DNA of 64,000 nt from the NCBI RefSeq assembly GCF_009914755.1, contig NC_060935.1; one strand, 5' to 3'. Positions 1-14,245 of the stretch are shown here, piece after piece; position 1 is the stretch's first letter, and each line of letters starts with the position of its first letter. The notes beneath the pieces are model-generated. The model was not told the origin of the DNA. It was given only the letters and a program-made list of their open reading frames with translations, and searched no databases. Source of the stretch: the human T2T-CHM13v2.0 reference genome, Homo sapiens. The position numbers were made by a program, and so were the translations under genes.

Positions 1-1721
1 TATTTTTCAGACATCCAATAAATTGTAGAATGGCAGAAATTATTTTCAGAGGGTGAAACAGGCTTTTAAATCATGCCCAGTAAAACTAAATTCTACCCTT
101 AGGGGTTCCACTGATTAGCTGCAATAACTGTTGTCCAGATAGCCCTTGGTGTTGGACAACTTAAGGAAAATTTGTTAGATTGATTAGCCCAATTAACTCA
201 GAAACTGACGTACAAAAACAGGCAGGAAACCCCTGCTGGGTCCAAGAAAGAAATAAAAGACATGCCCTTGGTCTTGACTGCATAAATATGAGAGGGCCCA
301 TGGAAATTTCCACATAGAGTGCAAACACAAAGGCAGTCTGGGAGAGGACCAAGCTCAGGACTGGCTCAAGAAAGAAACAAAGAAGAGAATTAAGAACCGC
401 TAAGAAGGCAAAAAGCCTAAGGAGAGAGAGCTCAAAGAATGGACACTCTTTGGCAAGCCCAAAGGCCAAAGAACAGAGAGGGAAATTTGCAGAGCATTCA
501 AGAATACTGAGAGGGAAAAGATCTGTGAGCTGAGAAACATGGCCTTCTTTGTTCAACGCTGGTAATGAGATTAATCTGTATTTTTTATGAATCAGTAGCA
601 AAGGCAAAGCACAAAGTTAGGTTCCTAACTTCACTACTGGAGCAAATGGAGCAAATAAGAAAAATAAGAAAGAAATTCTCCTTGTTAAAAAATAACTCTT
701 CAAATCTTAATTTTTTAGATACATTATCTTGGAGTGTTGCTCTCATCACTCACTACTTGGGGTAAAGTTTTTATGTAAGTTTAAAAATGTAGTCTTCATC
801 TCCTTCCCTTTCCTCTTGCATTTCTTCCATTTTTAAATTTTAATATGTAACTGCTAAAGCTGTAGATTTCTACTATGACTGGAATCCCAGCTGTACTGTG
901 ACTTTCATATTTGCTACTAATACTTGTACGTAACCAAGACTGATCTGACCATTTCATTTGTGATAGAGGATGAATAGATTCCCGTTATTCCATTAGCCAT
1001 CATAATCCCCCATCTCAATAGAGTTTTAATTTTTTTGTCCTACAGGACTATTTCTTCCAGATGGAAGACAATGTTTTCAAGAGGCCAAATGAATCATTTG
1101 ATAAGAACAAGCTAGTTCTCTTCTAAAATGAGATTAAGAAGCGGAAAATGGGAGACGGGGGAGGAAGAATAGCCCAGAAAGAACACAGAACTGCAAGAAA
1201 AAGATCCAGGAGATTCCCAGAAACTGGAAGAACAAGCATAAAAGCGTTCTGTGAATTTCCCCAGTTATGAAACAAAAAGCAAAAGTGAAAACAAATGGCA
1301 TAATCAACATGCCTGTCAATATTCTGCACCACAAAGTAACAGTTTGCTAACAGGTCATCAGAGTCATGGAAGACCGCAAGTTCTTTAGCGGGTTGGGGAA
1401 TTCAGGGATGGACAGCAAAATGCCAAGTCAATCTTTTTGAAAACACTGATTACAGGCAGAGAGCAGCAATCACAGAGCATCTGAGGAGATCCAGGATCAT
1501 TTTCAGTTCTGAGGAAGGAAGTCATTAGGCAGCTAATTAATTTTCCTTTAAGCTCATTAATAATGGTATCTGGTTGCACATAATCTGTAAATTAGTGAAG
1601 ACTAAAATTTAAGAGTGATGTGGTTGGAAAGGGTGAAAGAACACGAAGCTTAGAAAATCTATTTTATTAAGCTACATGGAATTAACAATTTTTTTATCTA
1701 TGTACATATGCAGACCTTTAA

Positions 1722-1930
1722 TTAATAAGCGTTAATATGTATAGAGTGCTTACTCTGTTCTAAGCATTGTTCTGTGTGTTTTACATGAATTATCTCATGT
1801 AATATAATAACTTTATAATATAGGTAATATTAATATCTCAAGTTTATAGCTAAGGAAATTAAAGTCTAGCAACATTAATAAACTTTAGTAAGAAATAGTA
1901 AATACAGCTAGTAAATAGCAAAACCAATAT
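1722..1930 (-). mobile_element. MIR SINE relic
   Basis: Reverse-complement MIR 3' part (gagtgcttactctgttctaagcattgttct...ttacatgaattatctcat...aggaaattaaag); boundaries approximate. Confidence 0.65.
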
Positions 1931-2009
1931 GCAACATATTATTTTTCAGGTATTAGCAAATTTTTATTACAGACAAAGACTGTAACAAAAAAGACATAGA
2001 TTTTTATAG

Positions 2010-2200
2010 TCAAAAGGCTCTGGATTGAGTCCTGATTCTATCACATACTACTTTTGTGTATATTTAGATACATTTCTGCATCTCCTTAATTTCTTTATCA
2101 TGAAAGCATTACTCATGAACTTGCCAATCTGGTATACAAATTAAATGAGATAAATGCATTTACAATGCATAGTATGTATGTATAAAACAATAATGTTAAC
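2010..2200 (+). mobile_element. MIR SINE relic
   Basis: gagtcctgattctatcacatacta...attaaatgagataaatgc resembles the MIR core and 3' part. Confidence 0.5.
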
Positions 2201-3141
2201 AGTCATTCTTCATCATTGTATTATTCAGTCAGTAAATTTATTCAGTGTCATGCAATAAATGACAGATAATATGACTGTTTTTAAGCCTCAGCACATATTA
2301 GGCACCCAATTAATAGTGCCTTTTCTCATCTTTTTCCATCTGTTAGTAAGGACTATTTACAAATGACCTAGCTAGCTAACAAAATAAATACAAAGTTTGA
2401 AAAGTAAATTGAAAAATGGCAGTTCCAAATTATTGAAGTTTAATTGAAAAAACTACAGCCTTGCTTAAACATTTTCTTGATTAAAAATAAACATTGGAAA
2501 GGGGGCATTATAATATCCCTGCAAAGCAATCAGATTCGTTTTAAAAATGAAGTCATAGAAAAAGTCAAAATCTCAAATAAAAGTCCATTATATTGTGGCT
2601 AAGTGTCAATATAATTGAGAAGGTTTATAATGTGACAGGTATATTTCAGTGAGATGAAATTCAAGATAGATCTGAATACTTAAAATTTCCTTAACATCCT
2701 GTGCAGTTTTATATAACTAATGTTTTTTATCCCAAAATGTTTTGCATTCAGATCTCCTTTAGCATGATGACCTATAATTCTCATTAATTTTACAGAATTA
2801 TCTGCCTATGAAAATTGGGAAATTTTCTCCTATAACATGTTTCCACTACATTTGAATTTTAAAGTGAACTCAATCCCAATAAAATAAAAGAATAACTTTG
2901 CTAGGGCAAGAAGAGGCCTAAGAAGGGTTATGGTCATAAATGTTGCTCAATGTGATGGGGGAAATGCAAGTCCAAGAGCTACTTAGAGAATCACAGAACA
3001 TTTAAAATTCTAGATTCAGTGAATCTGAAATAAGAATATGTTTCTGTAAAATATTCTAACCAGCCTCCGCATCAACAAAGATCGTCAGAGGAACTAAGAG
3101 ACCCATAAGTTTCTAAATTGTGAAACTTGAGATGAAGAATC

Positions 3142-3177
3142 TATGTATGTATGTATGTATGTATGCATGTATGTATG

Positions 3178-3237
<60 letters not shown>

Positions 3238-3275
3238 ATCTATTGCCATAAAGAATGGCTAAAGAATGATAAAGA

Positions 3276-3334
<59 letters not shown>

Positions 3335-3360
3335 CATCCATCCATCTATCCATCCATCCA
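3142..3360. repeat. Double compound tetranucleotide STR: (TATG)6 CATG (TATG)2 (TATC)15, spacer, then (TATC)14 (CATC)3 TATC (CATC)2
   Basis: Read directly from the sequence; arrays at 3142-3237 and 3279-3358. Confidence 0.97.
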
Positions 3361-3379
3361 AACCTAGGGTAGAGTTCCT

Positions 3380-4120
3380 GATTCCCCACCCTGGCAATGG
3401 CCTTTCTGGTCTCATCTCCTACCTTTCTCCACACACTCACTCTGTTGCATCCACACTGGCCTCCATGACTCTTCCAAGCCAGATGGCATCCACTTCTGGA
3501 TCTCTGTACTTCCCAATCCCTCTGCCAGAAACAATTTTCATCTAAATATCTGCAAGGCTAGCTCTTTCACCTCTTTTTGTTATTTGCTCAAATGTCTCTT
3601 CAAGATGCATTTTTTGACCACTCTATTTATAATTGCAATCACTTTTCTATGCCTTGCCCATCCCTCACATACACTCTGTGCTTTTATAACTATCTAGATC
3701 TGCATTCTCAGATGCGGTAGCCACTAGCCCCATGTGGCTATTCAAATTGAAATTTAAATTCATTGAAACAAAACAAAACTTAAAATTGAGTCCTTTAGTC
3801 ACACTCGGTTTATTTCAAGTATTCAATGGTCACCTGTAGCCAGTGGCTACTATATTGAACAGCAAAGCTATAGAATATTTCTATCACTGAGGAAATTTCT
3901 ATGGGACAGTGCTGTTCTTGACACGTATACACTTTGTATATTTGTTTGTTTTCTTTAATATATCCTTCTACCAATCCACCCATGTCTACCCTACGTTTCT
4001 AAGCACAGAAGTGGCCAGGGCTTTTGTTGATTTTGTTTGCTGCTTTATCCCGAGTACTTAGAACAATCCTTGGCCCGTATGAGATATTCTATAAATACCT
4101 GTTAAATGAGTAAATTGATT
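3380..4120 (+). mobile_element. L2 LINE 3' fragment interrupted by MER3
   Basis: ccacactggcctcc..., gctcaaatgtctcttc, and an L2-like terminus ataaatacctgttaaatgagtaaa. Confidence 0.7.
3700..3914. mobile_element. MER3 (hAT-Charlie non-autonomous DNA transposon)
   Basis: ggtagccactagccccatgtggctatt...cagtggctactatattgaacagc...ttctatgggacagtgctg follows the MER3/MER33 pattern; length of about 210 bp fits MER3. Confidence 0.85.
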
Positions 4121-4139
4121 GAAACATAACCATTCATTA

Positions 4140-4632
4140 TTTCCCTTTAAAAAGTCAGAGATCTTGCCAGTTGCCATGACAGGGATGAATCTGGAGGACA
4201 TTATGCTCAGTGAAATAAGCCAGACACAGAAAATGTTGCACAATCTCACATGTGGGATTTTAAAATCCAAATATGCAGACATAGAGAACAAAACAGTGAT
4301 TATCAGGGGCAGGGCATGAGGGGGAAGAAATTGGGGGGGTGGATATAGATCAGAGGATACAAAGTTGCAAATATGTAGGATGAATACTAAGTCCAGAGTT
4401 GTAAGCTACAACATGAGAACTAAAGGTAACAAAATTGCACTGTATATAGTATTCATGCTAAATGAGTAGATTTTAGCTACTTTTGCCATAAAAACAAAAA
4501 ATGGGTAACTATGTGAGCTAACAGATGTGTTAACTTGCTTCTTTGTAGCAACATTTTTACAACCTGTATGCATCCCATAACATCATGTATAACCTAAGTT
4601 AAATATACACAGTGAAGTTTATTTTTAATAAA
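4140..4632 (+). mobile_element. L1MA-type LINE-1 3' end (ORF2 tail plus 3' UTR)
   Basis: atgaatctggaggacattatgctcagtgaaataagccagacacagaaa (translates MNLEDIMLSEISQTQK), followed by an L1M 3' UTR (gagtagattttagctac, gtaactatgtgag). Confidence 0.9.
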
Positions 4633-5382
4633 TATCAGAAATAAGAAAGCAGTTGCATCACTTCACTTTAGAGGGAATTTCAACATGCCAAATTATCCTC
4701 AGTTGTATTTCACCAGGCTATTTATTTGTTGCTTATAATTGTCCAAATACCTATGAATGGTAAACCTTTTGAGACTATGACTTCCTGTTATCATTTATCT
4801 CCTGTGCAGAGTAATAATCACTAACATATGTCAAGATTTATGACAGAAAAGTCTGTCGACTCCTACACCTCCCAAAAATTGTTAACTGTCATGAAAGTTT
4901 TAGAGTTGAGCACTTCATTTGATTAGGCTTTTCATATATATGTTATAATAAATACAGATAGATTACTACTGGATAATGGCCATCAGTCAATCTATTTGGT
5001 TTTATAAGCATAGATATGCGATTGCCTTGTAAAAATCATTTTTATTCCTACCTATATTCATTAGAATGAAGGCCTAAATATGAGTGATCCCTGCCCTCTC
5101 TGACTGACCTTGCAGAGTGCTTCTGAAGTTTGAATTCATTACTGTCAATACTGTACAGAATCATGTAAAATATATTAAAGATCCATCTTGTTGGCAAAAG
5201 CAACAGTTTTCAAACTGAATCTAAGCTTAAAATGCTCTAGAGTTAGAGCTAATAAATTCATTTTTTTAACTTTTGAAGACCTGAGTTTTTAAAATAATAT
5301 TTTTTCTTACTGTGAATGAAACTTAATAAAATATTAAACAGTACACAAAAATATTAAAAACTATTTTAAAAGGGAAACATAA

Positions 5383-5748
<366 letters not shown>

Positions 5749-6140
5749 TAAAATACACAATTATTACCCTATGTATCTCTAATGTACTTTCTGTTTTCTC
5801 CCCTTAACACTACAATAGTCCTTGGCATTCACATGTTCAACTGTTTTTACTTTATTCTAAATGTCTTTGACTTGTAATGATTTGTATTTTTCTAAGTGAC
5901 AAATTAGAATCATGCAGGGAATGTGAATAGTTTAAACTGACGGATCAGTCTATCGGATTGCCCAAAATTTGGAACTCAATGTGTTTTGTTGTTGCTATGT
6001 TTGCAGTAATTGACATCAATGGTGAAGATGCTATTGGGAGGCAGGAGAGTTCAGTGAAGAATGCCAGTCACATTTGGGTTTAGATACCATTTCCATTTCT
6101 TCATTCAGTCCACAGATACTTATTTAGCCAGGTATAATAC

Positions 6141-6602
6141 TAACGGAGGAGACCATCCCTCATATTGTCTTATGCCCAATTTCTGCCTCCAAAGAAAGAA
6201 AAAGTAAAAACTGAAAGGCAGAAATGAAATCCACAAGCAGACAGCCCGGCGCCACACCCTGGGCCTGGTAGTTAAAGATTGACCCCTGACCTAATCGGTT
6301 ATGCTATCTATAGATTAAAGACATTGTATAGAAAAGCACTGTGAAAATCCCTATCCTGTTTTGTTCCCATCTAATTACCGGTGCATGCAGCCCCCAGTCA
6401 CTTACCCCCTGCTTGCTCAATCGATCACGACCCTCTCAAGTGCACCCCCTTAGAGTTGTGAGCCCTTAAAAGGGACAGGAATTGCTCACTCAGGGAGCTT
6501 GGCTCTTGAGACAGGAGTCTCGTCGATGCCCTCGGCTGAATAAATTCCTTCCTTCTTTAACTTGGTGTCTGAGGAGTTTTGTCTGCGGCTCGTCCTGCTA
6601 CA
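6141..6602 (+). mobile_element. Solo LTR2 (HERV-E/Harlequin-type ERV1 LTR), full length
   Basis: Starts TAAcggaggagaccatccctcatattgtcttatgcccaatttctgcc and ends gtctgcggctcgtcctgctaCA; 4-bp TSD ATAC at 6137-6140 and 6603-6606; AATAAA at 6539-6544. Confidence 0.93.
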
Positions 6603-7239
6603 ATACTAGATTCTGTATATACAAATAGCTTATTTTTTCCTACAGCTTTCCCATTTCCAGGTATTGTGCTAAGTACTGTACCTACTTACCATGTTTGATT
6701 CTCACAACTGTTGTAACTCCATTGTATAGTAACAAAACAGCTACCCAGTAACGGCAAGTAATTTGCAGGTGATGGAGCCCCCATGACTGACACTCAGGAG
6801 TTCTAATTTCAGTATCCTTCCTTTTAGTCACCTTATTTCATGGCCTCGCTTAAAGTGTTTGCTATTGGGAAAATCATTTAACTGTTTTGAGCCCCCATGT
6901 ATTTGTTTGTATTAAATAAGATAGAGGACAACTCATAATGCCCTGGCACATTAAAAATACCCAGTAAGAGTTAGCTACTATTACTATGCTATTATTAAAA
7001 ATTCATAGACTTCTGAAGGGAACAGAAATAATTCCTTGTGGATGTTAAGAGTTTACTGTCTAGCATAATCATGTTCCCAAGGCATTAAATCTTCTTTATA
7101 AACTTAATTTTAATTACTGCAGCATAGTCCATGTATTGATGTGCTATAACACATTTATCTATTTTCTCTACCTCTGGGCATTTTGGATTGCTTCTGAACT
7201 CAGTTTTTACTTGAATAAAGCAGTGGATTTCAAAGAAAT

Positions 7240-7770
7240 AATTCCTGTACATTCAATAAGTATTTATCCATCACCTTCTATGTTAAAACTGCTGTGATAG
7301 AAATTTTAGGTGACAAAATGAGTGCTCAAAGTGGATTAGGATGACTCCACAGGGAAGATTCCAGGCAAGCACCATGCAGGCTTAGAGTGGGAAAGGGTCT
7401 CATTTAGTGGGGGAAGATCAAGAGATGTTTTTAGGAGGTAATAATACAGTTTCGATCGTCAGATAAATGTGAATAGAACAGAGAGAACACAAGAAATAGG
7501 AAAGACAGTAGAGGCAGAGGGAACACTTTAGCAAGAGCAGGAAAGTGGCCAAGCATTAAGCTCAGGAACAGTGAGCGGTCTCATTGGAGCAAAGGCATAT
7601 GTAAGTAAAGGTTAAGAAATATAGAAAAGAAAATATAAGAAATATACTAAAAATAAAAAAGGTTAGAAATATAGACTGTGTCCATATTATAAAAGACTTT
7701 GAATGGCAGGGTAATGGGTCCATTCTTTATTATGTTTGCAATGGGGAAATCATGATATATTTCCCTGAGT
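7240..7770 (-). mobile_element. L2 relic
   Basis: cattcaataagtattta...gaggcagagggaacac...gactttgaatggcagg...ggcaatggggaaatc-like antisense L2 motifs. Confidence 0.55.
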
Positions 7771-9129
7771 CCAGTGGATACTAGTTAACATGGCAAAAAT
7801 AGCATCACTTCTTATCATGTAATCAGCAAAGCCACTGAGGCCTGAAGTGGTTGGGGCACCAGAGATTAAATACATAGAGAAGCCTTTAAAAATCAGTAGG
7901 AGAAAGGACACTAGAACTTAAGTGAACATGGAGCAAGAGATCATGAGGGCTAGTGTGATTCAGGGACCTACAGCAAACGACAAAAAGAAACATGTCAGGG
8001 CAATTGAATGGCCTCTTTCTATGTCATGATCCTCACTTTCATTGCTAAATAATGAGCATCCAGGAGCACTGGACAGGATAAAAAGACACTGCAGAACCTG
8101 AAACTCCCACTTAACAGAGGTCTGAATAGCTACTTTTGCAATTTATTTTTAGGCCTCCTTAAGAAGAGACCAACCAAGGCTGGGCTCAGAGTGTCTGTCC
8201 AGAGTGGAATGTTTCAAAATTGCCTTTCTCATTTGTGTTACTGGACAATCATTAGTGCACACACTATTTTAAAATGTCACCCAAGGGAACAGACAAAATA
8301 CCAATAAAAGGTGTTTCTGCAGAATGAAAAGTGCCAACCACAATTTTATTTGCAGCGTCTTTGGGGAAATTAATTCTCTGCCTCCTTTCCGAGACCTTCC
8401 ATTCATGTATACTTTTGCAGAACTAATTATTTTTAAATGACTTGCATGTTTCCCATCTAACTGTAAAGAATCTTCAGTTTCTACAATTTATCCTTCAATA
8501 GTTTTGTTTCTACTGCAAATTAATTTTTAAAAAGGTTTTTCATTTTAAGTGTTTTCTTTATTTAGATTAAGACTATTATTTAAATGCACTGAGATATGTA
8601 GTTTGTAAAGCTTAAAAGTACCTTTGAATGGTATGTGTGTTTGTGCATGCATTTTGCACAGAGAGATCATTTTGGAGATTAGAGATATGTTTTATCCAAT
8701 TTAGCTTTTATTCCTCAAGTGATTGAGCTTCCAATATTTCCCACGGGATGAGTTTCAAAATCCAATAGCTTTTTATTCTATAGAGGCTGTCAAATACTCA
8801 ATAGCCTCCACATTCATTAAAATCCTTATTATATAATGTTGATCTGGTTTATATATAATTCCAATTGCACCTAGCATTTATATCTTTTATCATGTGTGTG
8901 TTTAAAACCCCTCCCCACAACTTGGGCTTTATTTAATAACTTTTAATCTATCTGTATATGCCCCAAATCCAATTCTTTCATTATTTGCCTGACTTTTTCA
9001 GTGTTCTCCGATTTACACCTTTCAAGACGTGTGGTGCCCACAATAAATAAAATATGACAAATACAATTTAACACAAAGAAAATGCAACATAGCCCAAAGA
9101 TCACAATCTTTAGACTCAAGATAAACCAT

Positions 9130-9360
9130 ATTCTTAGTCTCAGTTCTTTTCCTCACTATCTATAGGTATATGAGAAAATAGCCTACTGTTTCTTCAAGGC
9201 CTTTATTTATTGATTCATCTCTAAAGTTGAAATAATACTTTTGACCTTACAGATTTGTTGTTGAGGTTAAATGAGATAACGTATGTCAAATGCTTAGCCT
9301 GTATGGAGAACATCTAAGAATAATGTGACAAAAATAGGCACTGAATAAATTAATGTTATT
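9130..9360 (+). mobile_element. MIR relic
   Basis: ttgttgttgaggttaaatgagataacgtatgtcaaatgcttagc...aggcactgaataaat. Confidence 0.6.
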
Positions 9361-10093
9361 CTTAATTGGAGTCATCAATGACACAATAAAGACTTGTGAT
9401 ATCCATTTATTTACTTTAACTGATTTGACTCTCATAGCTTCATAAAGTTGAAATATTTTCAAAAGTCATTTCACTTCCCATCCTCTGCTGTCAGACAGAA
9501 ATCTACCCAAACAATGTTAAACAAATAGAAGTCAATCCCCTCTTCTTAAAATAAAAGAGTTACTACAATAACCCATAATAAGCTGCTATATAGACCACAG
9601 TTATTGACTAAGACTAAAGCAACTGTAAAATATGAAGAGACCAGTAAAAACTTTTGTGGAAATGAATACCTATAAGCTGCCTGCATAAAAACATGAATTA
9701 TCTAGACAGTTGAAGCCACCTAAAACAATAGCCTAAATTGAATATTCCTAGAGAAACAGACATGAGCTATTTGAATAGCTAAAACTTTTGTCGTGAATTG
9801 GCCTGAACTCCATTAAAAAAATTCAAAAATCAAAGACAGGGATGAAGTGGCCTCTGGAGACTTTAACATTAACTAATTAAGCTGACTCTGAAACCAAGAA
9901 AAATTTTAAAAAAATAAAACATTTAACAAGGTGAGCTAGGGAAAATGGACCTTTCCTATAAAGTTTCCACCATCTTAAGTTCTATTGTCCTCATTTGGTC
10001 TCACCTTTTCAAACGGGCTTTTGCCACTTATATGTGAGGTAAGTATGGTAATATCTGGAAGTGTGACTATCATATTTGAGTGAAGCTACCTAA

Positions 10094-10528
<435 letters not shown>

Positions 10529-10589
10529 TGACATCTTTCTTTAGATTTAGATTCAAAATACTACACTTCTAACTGAGAGACTACATAGA

Positions 10590-10815
10590 TATGTGATAAA
10601 CACTATTCAATGCAACTTTACCTGAATTATCTTATATAATTCTCCCTAAAACCACAAAATCTAGAAATTATTACTCCAGTTTTATAAAAAAGTACATTGA
10701 AGCTCAGAGAGGTTCAGTGATTTGCCAGAAATCATGCAGTTAGTAAGGAGAATACCAAAGTGGGTGTTTAATCTCAACTCATCTTGTTCAAAGTCTTAAG
10801 CTCATTCCACTATGA
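10590..10815 (-). mobile_element. MIR relic
   Basis: attgaagctcagagaggttcagtgatttgccagaaatcatgcagttagtaagg is the antisense MIR core. Confidence 0.7.
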
Positions 10816-13800
10816 CTCAGATGAGTCTCCTAGTATATCGGCAACAATGATAAGCTAGATCAGTATTAGGCCAATACGTTCACTATTGGGTCTTTCCTCT
10901 GGTTTGCTATACAGAAAGGCTCTATATACTTCCTATGACCAATTTTCTACAAAGCCTCAATACCACCACAGCATCACATTAAACTCCACTCGATCCCAGA
11001 ATGCAGTTGTTGCCTTGGCAAATGGCATGGATTGTTGCCAATAATATTTTGCTAGCACAGATTGGGCTTTAAGCCCATATCTTCTTGTATGCCCAATAAG
11101 ATGAAAAATAATCTGTGATCTTTCATACAACATTACTAACCTTGCTTATGCTTGAAAGTGGTCTGAGGCCAGTTCTTAGTCAGATTCTGTAGATTAAATC
11201 TAGAACATCAATAGTGAGGCCATCTTACATGTTGCACAGAGCACTGGGTCTAAGAAATCTGAGTTCTGTTTTGGCATCTGGTCCTAATAAGTGCTATGAT
11301 CCTGAGAAAATCCATTTCTGGCCTCAGTTTTTAAAGATGTAACCTGAGGGGACAGCTTAAATTATCTTCTAGGATTAAAATGTAGTTTATATCGCATATA
11401 TACATATGTACATATACAAGCTGCATATTTTGCATTTCAATAGTTATTTAAATGCCTGTTAGCTCAGCAGGTATTCACTTAGACTAGGGAATTGGCAGTT
11501 CTCTGATTTTACAAAGAGTCTTTTATCTCAGGATGCTGGAAGATCTTACATCATTCATTAATTAAATCTCACATCCTCCCCTCCTGAAAGGTGAGACCTC
11601 AAAGGCTGTTTTTCTCTATCATCACCCATATGGTGCCAGAATATGATATTAACTTTGAAACACAGCACACTGAGAATCTAGCCACTCACACAAAGAGTGT
11701 TCTCCCTGCAAGAGTGTAGAAAGGGAACATCCTGAGAATGAACTGCATGGGGAAACTAGAATGGAGAGGTGTGTAATTGTTATGATGGGAGTCTTTGTCA
11801 AATGAAGTTGGTGTTAAAATTGATTAAATCAAATACATCTTCCCCTTCCTCTCCTCCCAGTGGATTATGAGCATCAGGTAAAACATCCTATATTTATCTC
11901 TCTCAATCTGCATAAGTAGGTGATGCTCCTTTGAAGATGATTGTTATGATGATGACAGTTTTTAGCCTACCTGTATCTCTATTCTCTCTTCCTTTAACCA
12001 CAGCCTGTTTGTGAAGTTAGAATTAGGTCAGTAAGTTTACCACTGACACTCATCCCCCCGAAATATTTATGTATGTATCTGGTTCAAAAAGTCATAGAGC
12101 TGAAGCATAGGTTGGCTTGTTTCTGAGAGGGGAGGAGGGAAAGGGAAACACAGGGAAAGGGAAAGAGGTGAAAAGTCTTAGGCTGATGGAGGGTATGCAG
12201 TGTCACATCCGAATGCATGATGACTCCCCTGCATTCAATTATTCCTTGTTGAGAGCAGAGGGTTATGGTTATGTAAACTGTAGAAACCATGGGTGCTAAA
12301 AAGAGGAGGAAAGATAACAAAAGTACAAGGAAAAAAAAGTACCATAGAAAATCACAGATTCCTAAACATGGTTCTTTGAAAATGAAGGAACCTGATTTTC
12401 TTATTAACATAGATTGTTAATTTTTAATATTTTTAAAAGGAGGTGCTATGAAGAGGAAAAAGATCTACCACTCAGAGTGGACATGATGCCTGCTAGGTGA
12501 AGAGAATGATGAGTCATATGTTAACCCACATAAACCAGAGAGCAATCTGCATGACAGTTTATGATTGCTGGTTTGCAGAAGAGAAAACTGAAGCTGACAG
12601 ACATGATAACTAGTAAAAGTCAAAGGAAAGATTCAAATCCATGTCCTTCAGACTCCAGGGTCTCCACACTCCAGCCAGAAGCTTTTTCTCTTTCTGTTAC
12701 CTCCTATCTATCTCATAGCTCATTGCTTTCTCATCTCCTTCAATCATCTAGTCTAAATAGAATTCTATTAGCTAGCAGAGAGTTACAGTTACGTAACCCT
12801 CAACTAAGCAATGTCAGAAAGCCTGTAATATTTACTGAATAATCTCCACATGAGAAGTACTGCATTCTTCCAGTGAGGCAAAATCCATTGAATTTTTATC
12901 CTCACATTTGCCATTGTTTCTGTAGCTTCCAGATTAATTGGCAAAGCAGAATGGACTATAGTTTGGACTTTATTCCAAGAAAACTACAAGATGCACTGTC
13001 ATGTGCAGCCTTTTTATGAGAATCTTACTTCAAAGTAAAAAAAAAAAAATCTCTCCTAAGGGAAGGGAGGAAACAGGTAATAAACTTTCCATCTATTTCC
13101 ATGCTGAAAGCTATTATGCTATACAAATAATCCTACATTCATCTGGTTTACAGAAAGCAGAATAAATGCAGCATAAGGACTAGCAGGCATATTTTCCTAA
13201 AGCGCTCCACCATGAATTATAAGCATCCACTAACAATGATCCCTTGCTTGTGGAAGAATGCTCACAAATCATCTTTTCAAATATAGGACGCTTGTCTGCA
13301 TTCAAGAGGTTTATGTTTGTGATCACAGCTTTTCGTTTGGTCCAGTTTTTTCTTCTCTCATTTGGTAAATATGATAACATGTTGATAAAGTATGAAGTAA
13401 GTTCCACTGACAGTGTTTTCCCTTGGCATCCTGGGAAGTGATCTGTTTAGGTTGGCTGTACAAAATCTATTTACTCAGCAAACCTAATTTTAGCTAAGGA
13501 CCAATGAATATGTATATTGAAATGACACCACTGTTTGCCAACAATGTCAGGCTATCTTGCCAGATCAGGATGCACAGACCGAACAAGATGTGAAATATTA
13601 AGGCACATCAGAAGTTTTAATTCTTTTACAAAGGGAGGGAAAAAGCAGTCACTTGGGAACTCAGAAAGTAATAACTCATTTACTTGAGAAATATTCAAAG
13701 CAAATTTAATCTTCTCTTTTTTCTACCTATTCAAGGAATAATTGTCTTCTTTATCTATTCCTCACCCTCTACACAGCCTTTTCCTCTGTAACTATTGCAA

Positions 13801-13837
13801 TATACTATTTAAAACCCCACATTTTAAAGTCATTTAA

Positions 13838-14245
<408 letters not shown>

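Noticed and set aside
161-607. 148-aa Leu/Phe-rich minus-strand ORF
   Set aside because: It is the antisense reading of purine-rich sequence; no recognisable homology or exon structure.
3142-3360. Repeat-spacer-repeat pattern superficially like a CRISPR array
   Set aside because: These are tetranucleotide microsatellites in primate DNA, with no unique spacers or cas genes.
5810-6010. Possible Tigger-type terminal sequence (tacaatagtccttggcattc)
   Set aside because: Too diverged to assign without an HMM search; no partner terminal inverted repeat found.
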